Shown here piece by piece: positions 23,051 through 35,975 of a stretch of DNA of 64,000 nucleotides; positions within the stretch are counted from its first letter, which is position 1, and every line of letters starts with the position of its first letter. The stretch is from the NCBI RefSeq assembly GCF_018977255.1, contig NW_024704743.1:27530001-27594000 (forward strand). The letters run 5' to 3'. The notes below the pieces were generated by a model. The model ran no database searches, was not told where the DNA came from, and saw nothing but the letters and a program-made list of their open reading frames with translations. The DNA comes from Callorhinchus milii (lineage: Eukaryota). The position numbers were made by a program, and so were the translations under genes.

Positions 23051-24539
23051 CCTTCTTAACCTTCTCTGTTCTTGTGAAAATAAACCTAGTCATTCGAGTA
23101 CACTCTCATTCTCGATTTGATGATACAAGTTTCTACAGAGTCGCTGATTTTTATCTGCCAGAGGGGCAACAACCACATCATTGCAAGGAGATATAGACAG
23201 AATTGAACTGTGGGAACCTAAATAACGTGTTATCTGCAGGGTTGAGAAGAATAAGTCAATATGTCCTTTGAGAAAGACTGATCATAATGTTGTTCATCTG
23301 TTTCTTATCTGTAACAATTGCAAACTGTGTTCAGTGATTACCATGTTGATGAGCTGAGTGCTGAGCACATTCAGATACATGGAACTCTCTTGGCGTCAGC
23401 CTCAGCCACTGTCTTAAAATTAAGGTCATGAAGAAATTTTAAAAATTCTTTAATTCAGTTTTATTTTGGGGACAAGGTTTCTGAAAATCATTTTAAGATC
23501 CAGTTTCTAAATTAAAACTGGATGGATGAATTTGCCATAGTTCAACAAATCCTCAATTATACTCTGAGCTGAGATCCCCAGCCAGAATTGTTAAGTGCTT
23601 TGGACATTCTCCCATCATGAAAGGCGCTATTTAGGTGTAAATTATCCTTATTGTGTTACAATAACAAGGCAATGTCTTAAGACCACAAGAAATTTCAGGT
23701 TTACAGTACAATTCAATGTATATTTATTCTGCACCTTTCATGCTGGAAGGACATCTCAAAAAACTTGATTTAGTCATATTTTCGTCTTAATTGAGAAGCC
23801 AACCCTTTGGCAAAAGGGAGAACAATAAAATGTGCTTGCTTGTCAGATCATTTATTCAAAGCAAGCTTATCTGTGAAGCATCTAATCTTCAGTTAAGTTT
23901 CAGGCTAAAATAAATGTAATATAAAAATTACATTGAGCTTTTCGAGCAAAAAGAAGTCACTGCTGGTGTTACCGGGAATGCTCTCAGGAATTTGTTAAAT
24001 TGGATGACTAATGTAATGATGCTAATTAGCACAAAGATATATGTTTATTTAGTTTTCTGCTCATTTATCTCAGCTTCAGTTTATGCCAAAATAAACAGTG
24101 TCAGTTCTGAAACGCAGAGCAAATGGCCTTCTTCCTGTTACATGCTGCAGCAATATTGCTGCTAATTAACAAATTGGATAGTTCAGTCCACAATCTTTCA
24201 AAACAAGGGCCATTTCTCACCACATTTACTTTGGCAGTCAGGAAGCACTAGGTCATTCCTTTCCATCAAAACATGAGTGGCTAGTATATCCAGATGATTT
24301 AACCACACACTGTCTTAGTCTTTGAGTGCATCAGAACCATGGAAAGGGTACAGAATTACATGGACATCACAGTGCATCAAAGGTTTCAGTTCAGAGTATT
24401 GACACTTTATAACTCATGTAAATTGGGTCTTTTTCCACTCAAAAGAGGATATAATGCTGGGTCTCCACATCCGTAAAGGTTTTTGCAAGATTATCCTTCC
24501 TGCTTGGAAAATTGGAAAAAGGCGCCAAAAGCTCAGGTT

Positions 24540-24700
24540 TATCACTGGAAGATTAAAACAAGAAGTTAGCAGAGGCTTTCTTCATATAGAGGGTAATCAG
24601 AATACAGAATATTTTGCCACAAATGTCCATTGAGGCTGACACTATAAATATTTAAGAAGTGAATTGGATAAACATCTGCGGAGGAAGAATATACAATTCA
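24540..24700 (+). mobile_element. Degraded CR1 ORF2 end
   Basis: TTTCTTCATATAGAGGGTAATCAGAATACAGAAT..TTGAGGCTGAC..TTTAAGAAGTGAATTGGATAAAC resembles the CR1 FF.QRV...WN.LP..FK..LD region. Confidence 0.55.
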
Positions 24701-25479
24701 AATTTGGGACTAGATTTACTCCAGAGTCCAGTAAATTATTGTAATCATTCTTAACATTCAAGCAAGTTTTCTGCAATTAGTTTTTAAAAATTACTGGTGT
24801 TAAAATTAAGACCGAGTTCAATATATTCTGGAAAATACAGTATGCTAGGTGGAACTTCTCTCAAATAAAAGGGCATTGGGGTAAGAGCAAAGAAGTGAGG
24901 TTAGAGTACTGTAGTTAATTAGAGGGGAATCAGCTAGTGCCATCTTAGGCTCAATGGGTCAAATGACCTCTGACTCTGTCAGCCTAGCCCAATTGTGTAT
25001 CTTGCAAATTACAACAACAACTTGTATTTATACAGCGTCTTTTATATAGAATAACTTCTTGGAGTGCTGAGAATGGAATTCATTGTTGCATATAGAAAAT
25101 GCATTATGTTGGATCAAATGTCAGATCAAAGGCACTTTACATGTGACCTGGGCAAACTTTTATTTAACTGGACAAATATTATTAGTCAAATTTGTTGCAA
25201 TGTTATTTGTCTATCTTCAAAATGAGTCATTTAGTACTTGCCAATACATTTTCATGTTTGGTAGTATATCCATTTCTGCATTGAATTAGTGCTGTGACTG
25301 GCAGCAAGGATACCAATGCCCGTATTGTCACATTATTCATTGTGATTCACACTCAAAGTCAAAGTAACCCTCACACAACCCTTAGCACCAGGAAGCGAAC
25401 AATTGAAAGAGAGGAATCAGGAACAAATTCTCCTTATATGAAAGGTTTAACAAATCCCCATTCACTGAAGAACAACAGC

Positions 25480-26005
25480 AACAATAACAAAAAATTGCAT
25501 TTGATAATGCCTTTCATGTTGGGAGAATGTCCCAAGTTGCTGGACGGTCGAGGATTTGCACCCAAGCTGGGGATTTGATTCAGGAAGGTGGGAACCAAAA
25601 GGAGTCAGTTGTATGGAGGGGAATGACCAAATGCAAGGGAGAAAGTTCTTTGGAGGAAGCACAAAAGAGTCAAGGCAATTGTTGAGGTGAAGGGACTCCA
25701 GGATGGAGTTCTAGAGAGTGGGGCAGAAAGGCTTAAGGTCCAACCGCCAATGATTGGTGTGCAGAGCTGGCTATGTGAAGCAGGCTGGTGCCTGTCGAGT
25801 GAAGGCAGCAGGCAGGTTGGTAAAGTGTTTGAAGGTCACAGAGGTGGGTTGGGGCAAGATGGTGGAGGCATTTAAAAGTGAGGATGAGGATCTTGAACTC
25901 GATCCTCTGGGGGATGGGAAGCCAGTGGAGGCAGGCGAGGATGAAAGGATAGCTTGAGGAGCCTAGTGTGAGGGAGAATAAGACTAGCTGCAGTATCCAC
26001 AAAAT
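25480..26005 (-). mobile_element. L2 3' fragment
   Basis: Minus-strand [37 protein letters not shown]; reverse tail at 25480. Confidence 0.85.
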
Positions 26006-26719
26006 CCAGAACATTGCTTATACCTCTGGTAAAGGTTGAAAAACACAACTGCCCTCTTAAAACTGAAGGTAGTCCCATTTGGTCCATAGTTTTCAATGAT
26101 TCTCCCCTGGCACACATACATGCTCAGCAGAAATGTAAAACTGAGTTACACATTTGTTCTTACTAAAAGTTTAATTGTGCAAACATAATTTAGTGTCATC
26201 ACATATCAACGAAACTAAGGACAATTGCCTTTGCAATAACATTTGTGGTATGAATCTAAAGGCAACGTTTTTCCTGTTTTACTCAGTGTCTTAAAGTGTC
26301 TGGAGTAGTCTGGGGTTTTAATGTCGAGCTTCAGAGTGATACCAAAATACATAGCGGAGCCTCTGGAGAAAAACAAACTGCAAAGCCAGCTTAAACAGGC
26401 AGAATAAATGGCAAGAAAAAACCCAGCCACTTTACCTGTCCTAGTAGCTTCATTGAATCATCAGAGAAGCTTGCGATACATGTAACTCTTCTGGGAATAC
26501 AAGCTGTTTAGTAAAGCACTTTCTACAACTGCATATGCTACCTAGAGACTACAAACCAGCTGACCCACTTAAGGAATATGGCACAGAGAAGTTTTACAGA
26601 AACAGTTCCACAGGAAAGGATTCCCCATTTTGACAAGTGGCATTAATACATTAAAACTTTGAACAGCGAAACTGCTTACAGTACAAAGCATACATTAATC
26701 TAAGGTATCCAGAAACATG

Positions 26720-27456
26720 GGGCATTGTTTGACCCACAAATACCGTTTCTACCTCACACTTGCGCCATGACCCGCCCTGCCTTCCCCATCTCCGCAACGT
26801 CGCCTGGCTCTGCCACTGTCTCACACCGCAGATCGCCAAAACCTTCATATACGCTTTCATTACATCGAGGCTTGACTATGCAAGCCCATTGCTTGTCCGC
26901 TTCCCCAACTCCTCCCTCCACAGGCTGCAGATCATCCAGAACTCTGCAGCCCGTGTCCTCTCCCGCACTAGACTCCGGGAACCTATCACCCTTCATCCTT
27001 GCCCAACTCCACTGGCTTCCCATCACACAGAGGATAGAGTTCAAGATTCTGGTCCTCACCTTTAAAGCCCTCCGCGCTGTTGTTCCCCACTACCTCTGCG
27101 ACCTCCTAACTCCCTACCATCCTGCCCGCTCCCTCCACTGAGTGGGCTCTGGCCTGTTTCACGTCCCCCTGCCTCGCTCGCCCCACTATTGGTGGGTGGG
27201 CCTTCCGCCACTCTGCCCCCACCATCTGGAACACCATCCTGCAGTCTCAACGCCTCGCCCACTTCCTCGCCACTTTCAAGACCCATTTCAAAACCCTCCT
27301 CTTCTACTATGCTTTCGATCTCTCTGCTTCCCCCCTGCCCTCCACACTCCCTGATCCCGAACCCCAGCTCGGGTCCATAACTCTGTCTGTCCAGCACCTT
27401 AAGACGTCCTCCCGATGTGAAAGTCGCTATACAAATGTAATTTTGTTGTTGTTGTT
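26720..27456 (+). mobile_element. L2 3' fragment
   Basis: [56 protein letters not shown]; tail GACGTCCTCCCGATGTGAAAG..(TTG)n. Confidence 0.93.
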
Positions 27457-27592
27457 TAATCTTGAAGAGAAGTACACTTTGTACTTCTTTGTAATTTGGG
27501 TGAAGAACTAAAGAAGCAAAGTTTAGTTAATATCTTTGATACACATTTTCTCTGTTATGTTCCCAATCCCTACTTAAATGAGATATTTCCTT

Positions 27593-27900
27593 GGAGTCCT
27601 GTAGCTCAGTGGTTAGAGCACTCGCTTTGCAAGCGACAGACCTGAGTTCAATTCCAGGCAGGGCGAAACCTTGGGCAAGTTTCCTTACTCCACACGCCTA
27701 ATAATAATCCCTCCAAAACGAAAAACAATAATAAATTGGTCATTTTCAATATACGACTGTTTGTGGGACATTGCTGTGCGCTTTCGCCCACAAATATACA
27801 GTCAATTTACTTTACAGTGTGTTCTGTGAAGCGCTTTGGGACGTCCTCCCGACGTGAAAAGCGCTATATCAAATGCAAGGATTATTATTATTATTATTAT
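27593..27900 (+). mobile_element. Young tRNA-headed SINE, short subfamily
   Basis: Near-identical to 14414-14748 apart from small indels. Confidence 0.95.
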
Positions 27901-28355
27901 ATCTTCTATCTTATGATTGTCCGATATGATAGCCAGTAGGCACATGTGGCGGATTAGGAATCCAGATATGGCAAAATTAAATTTTTGATCAATTAATAAA
28001 AATGAGTAATAGACACCATCATTAGGCATGTGATCTTAATACTCATATTCATATGGCATAGGCATGCATAATTTGACCTTGTATCTTTGTTGGTAAAATG
28101 GTAAGATAAAAAGAAGCGCATTGAGTGTTTTTTGATCATTTTGTTTGCTTTACTTCTTTGGTTTCTGCTTATCAGTTACCTGTTAAAATGGTGTGTAACA
28201 CAAGTGAAACGATGGATTTCAGCACTCAAGTCAGACTTGAATCATTTTGGTTAACCAACTGCATTTATTTGATAAAGAAAATTGTGTGTTTCAACTTGTT
28301 TCTTAAAAAAATATCATTAATGCTTGAAGCCTTGCTGGATATCTGTACAATAATA

Positions 28356-28671
28356 GGAATCCTGTAGGTCAGTGGTTAGAGCACTCGTCTCGCAAGCAAG
28401 AGACCTGTGTTCGATTCCCAACAGGGCAAAACCTTGGGTGAGCTTCTTTACTCCACACACCTGATAATAATCCCTCACGAAAAAAAAAACCAATAAATCG
28501 GTCACTTCAATCCATGACTGTTTGTGGGACACTGCTGTGCGCAATGGGCTGCCGCGTTTCGCCCACAAATAGTCAATTCACTTTACAGTACATTCTGTGA
28601 AGCGCTTTGAGACGTCTAGAAGACGTGAAAAGTGCTATATCAGATGCAAGAATTATTATTGTTATTATTAT
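28356..28671 (+). mobile_element. tRNA-headed SINE, short subfamily
   Basis: Head, ACTCCACACACC|TGATAATAATCC short-form junction, and tail GAGACGTCTAGAAGACGTG. Confidence 0.92.
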
Positions 28672-30814
28672 AACAACTACAACAACTTGCACTTATAGAG
28701 CGCCCCTCACACAGGGTATCATCGCAGAACACAATGGACCCCACTTGCCTGAAACAAAAGGAAGAGCAATCAAGGACACGTAAGATGATTTGGGAAACTG
28801 AGATTGAGCTGCTGCAGTTTGACCTGCTGGTTCAGTCAACTGTTAACTAACCTGACTGAATAGCTGTGAGAGTAGCTACTGGACTCAGGATAACAGTGTC
28901 TCATAGCATCACCATGATAGCTGTTGCCCTGCATGAGAAAGCTGTTCGGTACATTGATGTGAGGTGAAAGCACCAATGGCAACTGCAGAGGTACCATCAC
29001 TTTTGTAATATTTTGGATTCCCAAATACACAGAAAATCATACATTGTTCACAAGTAAACATTTGTGTACTCAGGAGAAATCTAATGGCATACCTAAATAA
29101 CAAAGGCTCACAGTCATTCACTGGGCAGATGGCAGATGACCATATAGGGAAGACTATACGTGCTAATGCTCAGCACCTAAGGGGAACATTTATTGTCCAG
29201 TCTTCCACAGAACGTGATCTATTTTAACACAGAAGGTTATCTTCTAGAAATATATTGCATTATCTCTGTCATGATGCCCTTAGCTCATGATACTACTCCA
29301 CAATCCTCCTGCACCAGCAGAAGGGGAACGTGACCAGCTAAACCAGAATAACAACAACTTACATTTATGTAATGCCCTTCATGTGCGGTGGTTTCTCGTA
29401 GTGCTTAACAATGATGTTGATGTCGAGCTGGGGAGAAAGGGAAGGTGACTATGGGTATGGTGAAAGAGGAATGCCCGTAGGTTTGATCTGAAGATGGATA
29501 AAAAAAGGATAAGATGGAAAGAATGAGTCAGGACATTCCAAAGGGTCAGGGCACAGTGGCTCCATGGCAGCTGATTAATAATAATAAAATAATTGCAATG
29601 ATTTCTTTCTTTGAATCAATCAGGGGAACATTGCAATACGCCCCACAGAAGTTGGCCAAGACTACAATTACTTCATTTATGTTGCATAATAACATTTTGA
29701 AAATGTGATTTACTAATAGGAACTTCTGGTGTGGTGAATGAAATTGTGTGATTTGAAAATTGCAGGCTGCAATTTTCATTCCCATTACATAAAAGGCCAT
29801 TTTGTTGTCTTGTTTTTTTTATTTTTGAACTTTTGTTGAAATGATTTGGTCTATTTTGGGCTGAGAAATGGCCTGAAAGCAAAAAGCTGAGAAAATTGCC
29901 CTTCAAATTGATGCCCACAAAGTCAGTGCAGACTTTTGGAATTGCAATCTTTGCCAATTTTTCTCAGGTTTTTTGTTGCAAATAGCATGAAGAATCATGC
30001 AATTTCAAAACAAACGTTACTATTAAGGCAGCAAAGATTCTGGGCTACTTTTTCAAATCAGTTGAATTCAGATCCCCAGAAGTCATACTCATACTCAAGC
30101 TGTACAGTAAATCTTGTGAAGCACTTTGAGATGTCCTCCTGATCTGAAAGACACTATGTCAAATGCAAGGCTTATTAAAGATTATTTTATCTTTACAAAT
30201 GTAAAGATTATTAAAGATTAAACATTATTTTAAGTGCTCTGAGACACTACCTTCCGTGGGGGGTGCTAATTAAGTGCAATTTGTTATTATTATTATTATA
30301 CTTTCATGACTTTTACATTCACAACTGAATAATCTCACACCAATATTCCAATGCTTCAGATTAATCTTCTAAACATAGAATTTAATGTCGACCTTTATAA
30401 GATCAATTTCCCTTCAAACTCAAAACCTTCTCTTCTTTAAAATTTAGTGGGCATTTAAGTTCTTGGTTTAGCTCATTTTAAACATTGTGACTATAACAAT
30501 CTGTAGTTCCTGGCAAATTTGTGCAATGGTCCAAGATAAAATATCCTGAGCAAGCAAAATGGCTTGACCCGAAAGCCATGTGAAAATAAAAGTTAGATGT
30601 AACAATAGCTAGGAGAATGATCGTTGAGACATTACATTGCATTGGATTAACCTGGATTGCTTATCCCTGACCATATACAAAGTAAAATAAATGCTTAATT
30701 CTCCAATTTCTGTAAAAATTTACTGAGTCATCTTCTTGCTAAAAATGATGCAGATGGATATCTGTTACTTTAATCTTTAATGGGTTACATGGGTACAGAA
30801 TAGCTCTACTTTAG

Positions 30815-31136
30815 ATAATAATAATAATAATAATAATAATCCTTGCATTTGATATAGCGCTTTTTACGTCTTCAAGACGTCTCAAAGCGCTTCACAGAAT
30901 ATACTGTAAAGTGAATTGACTGTATATTTGTGGCTGAAATGCAGCAGCCAATTGCGAACAGCAGTGTCCCACAAAGTTGTGGATTGAAGTAACCAATTTA
31001 TTATATTTTTTTTCTTGAGGGATTATTATCAAGTGTGTGGAGTAAGGAAACTTGCCCAAGGTTTCATATGCCTGGAATCGAACCCAGGTTTCTCACTTGT
31101 GAGGCGAGTGCTCTAACCACTGAGCTACAAGACTCC
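30815..31136 (-). mobile_element. tRNA-headed SINE, short subfamily
   Basis: (TAA)n and reverse tail; reverse head GGAATCGAACCCAGG..GTGAGGCGAGTGCTCTAACCACTGAGCTAC (anticodon CAC, Val-like). Confidence 0.93.
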
Positions 31137-33724
31137 ACAACTACAGGACTTTATCTTTCATGCACCACCTGGGCTCGGTAACTTTGCAGAGATATGCTAC
31201 GAGGGCAGAGTGAGCAGATCTAACATGACAGGGCTTGTATTATATTCCATTTGCTGTGATTGAATTCCAGCTGAATTTGTTCACTACAAGAGACACCAAA
31301 AGCAGAACTGTGTCTAAAAGAATATTCTGTTCTGCAACAGATGCTGGAAAATAACACACAGTCCGGCATGTGCTGGGAGAGTTCAATTTTTTGATACTCT
31401 CATGCACAGCATCAGAAAATTAGATTCAGTCCAGGATCGCTGTTGATTCTACTCTTCCAGCTCTGTACGGTAATAAAGTGTCAAGATAAAAATCTCTTTA
31501 CACCGTGCTACTTTAAAGACATTTCAGTAAGGTGTAGTCAACACAGTTTGTCCTCATCACACTCTGTATGTCAACAGAATTCATGTGCAGCAACACATTA
31601 GTCTGGAAAACTACTTAAATTTAGTAAGCTCATATATAGTTTTGACAAGTGTGCACTGTTATATTTAACTTTGCAAGCAATGAAAGCTACAGCCATTACA
31701 GTTGCTTTCAGTTGATGCTGGATGGATTTGATCAACACTGTCGCTCATGTTTAGATTCTCATCCTCTGAAATAGTGGAATATACAACCAGACTGGCCTAA
31801 ACAGGTAGGGAGGGATTTATCCAACAGTTAGTCTTTCACAATTTGTGTTTTGTGTGGAATTTGGGTTTTAGTGTAAATGACTATTAGTGTATATCCACTT
31901 TATATTAAAAACTGAGTGCAAGTGTTTTTCTTCCAAAATCAAATAGCTGCCAAAAACAAACGGTAGTGTATTCTGTTGTTACTCCACATACAAAACATCA
32001 GTGCAGTTTGTGACAAGGTCAAATAATTGCCTGTGGTCTGTACCTTTTCCAAGACCAAATTTTCTACAGCAGTTAATCCTCGAACTAATAGGGCTCCAGT
32101 CCATAGAGAGCTTGGCCGACACTGAGGTAGCAGAATGAAACAGGTTGGCAGATGAAGGCTGTTATTGCCACACATAAAAAGTGATGTATACTGTGGTCAT
32201 GTATTCCATAAAGTAAGCTATGTGCTTGGCATACAATCAGATAGGGAGCAATACTGTGAGACTGCACCAAACTGTAGATAGATACTATCATATCACATCC
32301 TTTAGTTACAAAGTCTGAATCTTTATTTGTACAAATGTGTACAGACAGCAAATATGTACAGTGCCTTGCTGGAAATCCTATTCTTCCCACTCTTAACAGC
32401 AAAGCAATTCATGAAAGGTACCCCCTTTAAACTAATATGGGCCATAGGGCACTTGCCCAATGCTTTCATTGCCTGTGGGCATAATATAGCATCCTGGTTC
32501 TCTAGATATTGACAGAAATGGTGAAAAAAACTTTTGTTGTCGCTGATTATTTGGTGTCCAGCTTTCCTGAATAATGCCTGAATTATCTTTTCAGTGCAAC
32601 AACATACAAATACTTGGCTAACTCTATCAAAGTCCCCATCTGGTGATTAGAGAGACACTATGACATAAAAATTCAAAGCTGGCATTATTTTTTAAGATAC
32701 TGTCAACACTGTAAAATCTATTGACAAATTGTCACAGACAAAATGACAGATTTCTCTGAATGAACAGTAAGAAACCATGAATGCACTATTCTTCCATTAC
32801 AAAGAGGTATCATATCTGTACAGCATCTTTTATAAGTGTTTAATCTTATAAGTCCCTATCCTTGCAACCATAATAGATTTGGGTGGTGAGCTGACCAATG
32901 AGCTGGCCATCAGTTCGCAATATTCTGATCCACTTCTTAATTCACTGCTGATCTTAAATCAACTAATCCAAAAACTCATCAGGCAGGAACATTTATTTTC
33001 TCACACAGTATTGACTGAATGAAAGATCAGTCAGTAGAATATTGAATGGAAAGCAATATTATATACTCTAGCATTTAATTTTAATTCAAAGAAACAAAAT
33101 TAAAAGTTGCATTTTTATGGTACTTTATCACATCAAAACATCTCAAAATACTTTCCACCTAATTACTGTCAATTGCAATAGCTATATTTGAATTGAAGTT
33201 TTGAAATTCATATCAGAAGTTCACTTCCAGCGGTGTGTAGTATAGGTTTAACATTATAACTATGGAAATTACTTTTTTTAAAATGGAGACAATGCTTTCC
33301 TCCAGTGATCTTAGCAATATTGGATAAGAGGACACCAAAATGTTTTATACTAGAGCTAACATTCACCAATTTAGTCTGGACGTACACTGCTTGAAACACT
33401 AGAGAATGAATTAAAATTGCAGTCATGCTGGGCCTTTTTAACTTAATTCCTCACATATTTGTGAAACAGCCACTGCATGCTGACTAACAGTGTGATGATT
33501 TCATGCTCCCAACTATACAGCTACAGGGCCTCACAGCCATTGCTTACACAACACTGATCACTTCACCATGATGAACCTGCATGAAAATGCCGCAGCCCTT
33601 GAGTAAGCATTCAATGCGCAGCGTGTCTTCTCATATGCAAGATTATTAGGGCCAATTACCTTCATAGGCTTCTATTCTACGTGAGGTTTGTCCCTATGTT
33701 GTGCAAAAAAATATATATTTGTTA

Positions 33725-34030
33725 TGGTGAGCCAGGAGTCTGACAACCTGCTTAAAAGTATCCAAACCAGACTGAAATGTCGACATATGTATGCCACCTA
33801 CACATGGAAATTAACCAATTGTCTGGAATGGAACGTGTTCTCTCTGCACGGATGAATCCACCCCTGTTCTCCTAATTCCGGAAAGTGTTAGATGTAGGTT
33901 GCCATTGAGAGCAAGCTTCCCACTGTTTGTCCAGTTAGGACCATCTTTCTCATTTGGGTTTATTCTTGAAAGGTTAACCAGAACTGAGTGTTAAGAATCC
34001 ATGCTCCACAGACACCAATCTAGCCCTCCA
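33725..34030 (-). mobile_element. RTE-like LINE 3' region (copy 3)
   Basis: GCTTAAAAGTATCCAAACCAGACTGAAAT..CCACCTACACATGGAAATT..TGGAATGGAA..CCTAATTCCGGAAAG is the reverse of the family consensus. Confidence 0.75.
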
Positions 34031-34200
34031 TGTAATAATAATAATAATAATCCTTGCATTTGATATAGCACTTTTCACGCCTTCTAGACGTCTCAAAGCG
34101 CTTCACAGAATATACTGTAAAGTGAATTGACTATATTTGTGGGTGAAACGCAGCAGCCAATTGCGCACAGCAGTGTCCCACAAACAGTTGCGGATTGAAA

Positions 34201-35796
34201 ATGACCAATTTATACACTCCGACTGCTACCCATCATCCCCTACTCACTTTTGTACCCGTTTCCCCACCCTCTGTCACCAAACTCATCCTATCCCTAAATC
34301 CAACCACCTGCTCCCTTGACCCCATCCCCACTCCACTCCTTATCTCCCAGCTCCACTTTCTTGCCCCACATATCACCGACATCATCAACCTGTCCCTCTC
34401 CTCTGGCTCTGTCCCCATTCCCTTAAAAACTGCCACCATCACGCCCACCCTGAAAAAACCCTCCCTTGATGCGTCGCAGCTATCAAGCTACCGGCCCATC
34501 TCCAACCTCCCCTTTCTCTCCAAGGTCCTGGAAAGAGTTGTCGCCTCCCAACTGCGCTCTTTCCTTTCCACCCATTCACTTTTCGAACCCCTTCAGTCAG
34601 GTTTCCGTGCTGCCCATAGCACAGAAACTGCCCTGGTCAAGGTCACCAATGATATCCTGACCATCTGTGACCAGGGCTCCCTCTGCCTCCTCGTCCTCCT
34701 CGACCTATCGGCAGCATTCGATACGGTCGACCACGCTATCCTACTCCACCGCTTGTCCTCCCACCTCAACCTTCAAGGCACTGTCCTTGAGTGGTTTAGG
34801 TCGTACCTTTCTCACCGTCTTCACTTTGTCTCGACGAATGGCTTCTCCTCCACCCCCCGTACTGTCTCATGTGGTGTCCCTCAGGGCTCTGTCCTCGGTC
34901 CCCTCCTCTTCACCCTCTATATGCTCCCCCTTGGTGACATCATCCGCAGACATGGAGTTAACTTCCACATGTATGCGGATGACACCCAACTCTACCTTTC
35001 CTCCTCTACTCTCAACTCCACGACCACCGATGTCCTGACAGCCTGCCTGTCCGACATCGAGTCCTGGACGAGAGACAACTTTCTTCAGCTCAACGTGCGA
35101 AAAACCGAGGCCCTCCTGATTGGCTCACGTCAGCGCCTCCGCACCTCAGGCGCCGACACCATCAGCATCCAAGGCTGCACTCTCCACCTCTCAAAGCCAG
35201 TCAGGAACCTCGGCGTTTTGTTCGACCCTGAGCTGTCCTTTCTCCCTCACATCCGCACCACAACTGGCACCGCCTTCCATCACCTCCGGAACATCGCCAG
35301 ACTACGGCATTACCTCACCCCTCACGCTGCTGAAACCCTGGTTCACGCCTTTGTCACCTCAAGGCTGGACTATGGGAACTCTCTCCTCGCCGGCCTTCCC
35401 GCCACCTCCCTCCACAAGCTGCAGGTCATTCAGAACTCTGCAGCTCGTGTACTGTCCCGCACCAGGCTTCGGGACCACATCACACCCACCCTCGCTCGCC
35501 TCCACTGGCTCCCCATCCCCCAGAGGATTGATTTCAAGATCCTCATCCTCACCTACAAGGCCATTCACGGCCTTGCTCCCTCCTACCTCTCCGACCTACT
35601 ATCCCCCTACCTACCTGCCCGTACCCTCCGTTCCTCCGGCTCCGGTCTGCTCCACGTCCCCCGCCCCAATCGCCCTACCATCGGTGGTCGGGCCTTCAGC
35701 CTCTCAGCCCCGAGGCTCTGGAACTCTATCCCCCAGTGCCTTCGCCGCCTCCTCCCTTTCCTCCTTCAAGGCCGGTCTCAAAACCTTTCTCTTTGA
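34201..35796 (+). CDS. L2 ORF2-derived reverse transcriptase ORF (no endonuclease domain; frameshifted near the C-terminus)
   Basis: Motifs [54 protein letters not shown] and RNLGVLFD. The native end [18 protein letters not shown] is in another frame after about 35745. The ATG at 34201 comes from the flanking antisense SINE. Expression is unknown. Confidence 0.7.
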   Translation: MTNLYTPTATHHPLLTFVPVSPPSVTKLILSLNPTTCSLDPIPTPLLISQLHFLAPHITDIINLSLSSGSVPIPLKTATITPTLKKPSLDASQLSSYRPISNLPFLSKVLERVVASQLRSFLSTHSLFEPLQSGFRAAHSTETALVKVTNDILTICDQGSLCLLVLLDLSAAFDTVDHAILLHRLSSHLNLQGTVLEWFRSYLSHRLHFVSTNGFSSTPRTVSCGVPQGSVLGPLLFTLYMLPLGDIIRRHGVNFHMYADDTQLYLSSSTLNSTTTDVLTACLSDIESWTRDNFLQLNVRKTEALLIGSRQRLRTSGADTISIQGCTLHLSKPVRNLGVLFDPELSFLPHIRTTTGTAFHHLRNIARLRHYLTPHAAETLVHAFVTSRLDYGNSLLAGLPATSLHKLQVIQNSAARVLSRTRLRDHITPTLARLHWLPIPQRIDFKILILTYKAIHGLAPSYLSDLLSPYLPARTLRSSGSGLLHVPRPNRPTIGGRAFSLSAPRLWNSIPQCLRRLLPFLLQGRSQNLSL

Positions 35797-35975
35797 CCGA
35801 GCCTTCAGCTCCCCTCTCGACTCTCTTCCCCCTCCTCGCTCCCTCCCTTCCCTCCCCTCACCCTGACCATTTCCCCCCTGCTCGGGTCATGACCCAACTG
35901 TGCAGCGCCTTGGGACGTCCTCCTGACGTGAAAGGCGCTTTATAAATGGAATCTTGTTGTTGTTGTTGTTGTTGT
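34214..35975 (+). mobile_element. Young 5'-truncated L2 LINE (RT domain, C-terminus, 3' UTR, (TTG)n tail)
   Basis: Uninterrupted ORF2 with CpGs retained; 3' end CAGCGCCTTGGGACGTCCTCCTGACGTGAAAGGCGCTTTATAAATGGAATC(TTG)n. Confidence 0.97.

Noticed and set aside
31340..31390. Penelope-type terminal repeat fragment (GATGCTGGAAA..ACAGTCCGGCAT)
   Set aside because: The resemblance is too short and degraded to support, and there is no second copy in the window.
35120..35866. 248-aa Ser/Pro-rich ORF
   Set aside because: It is an alternative frame of C-rich L2 ORF2; only its last part is the true L2 C-terminus after the frameshift.
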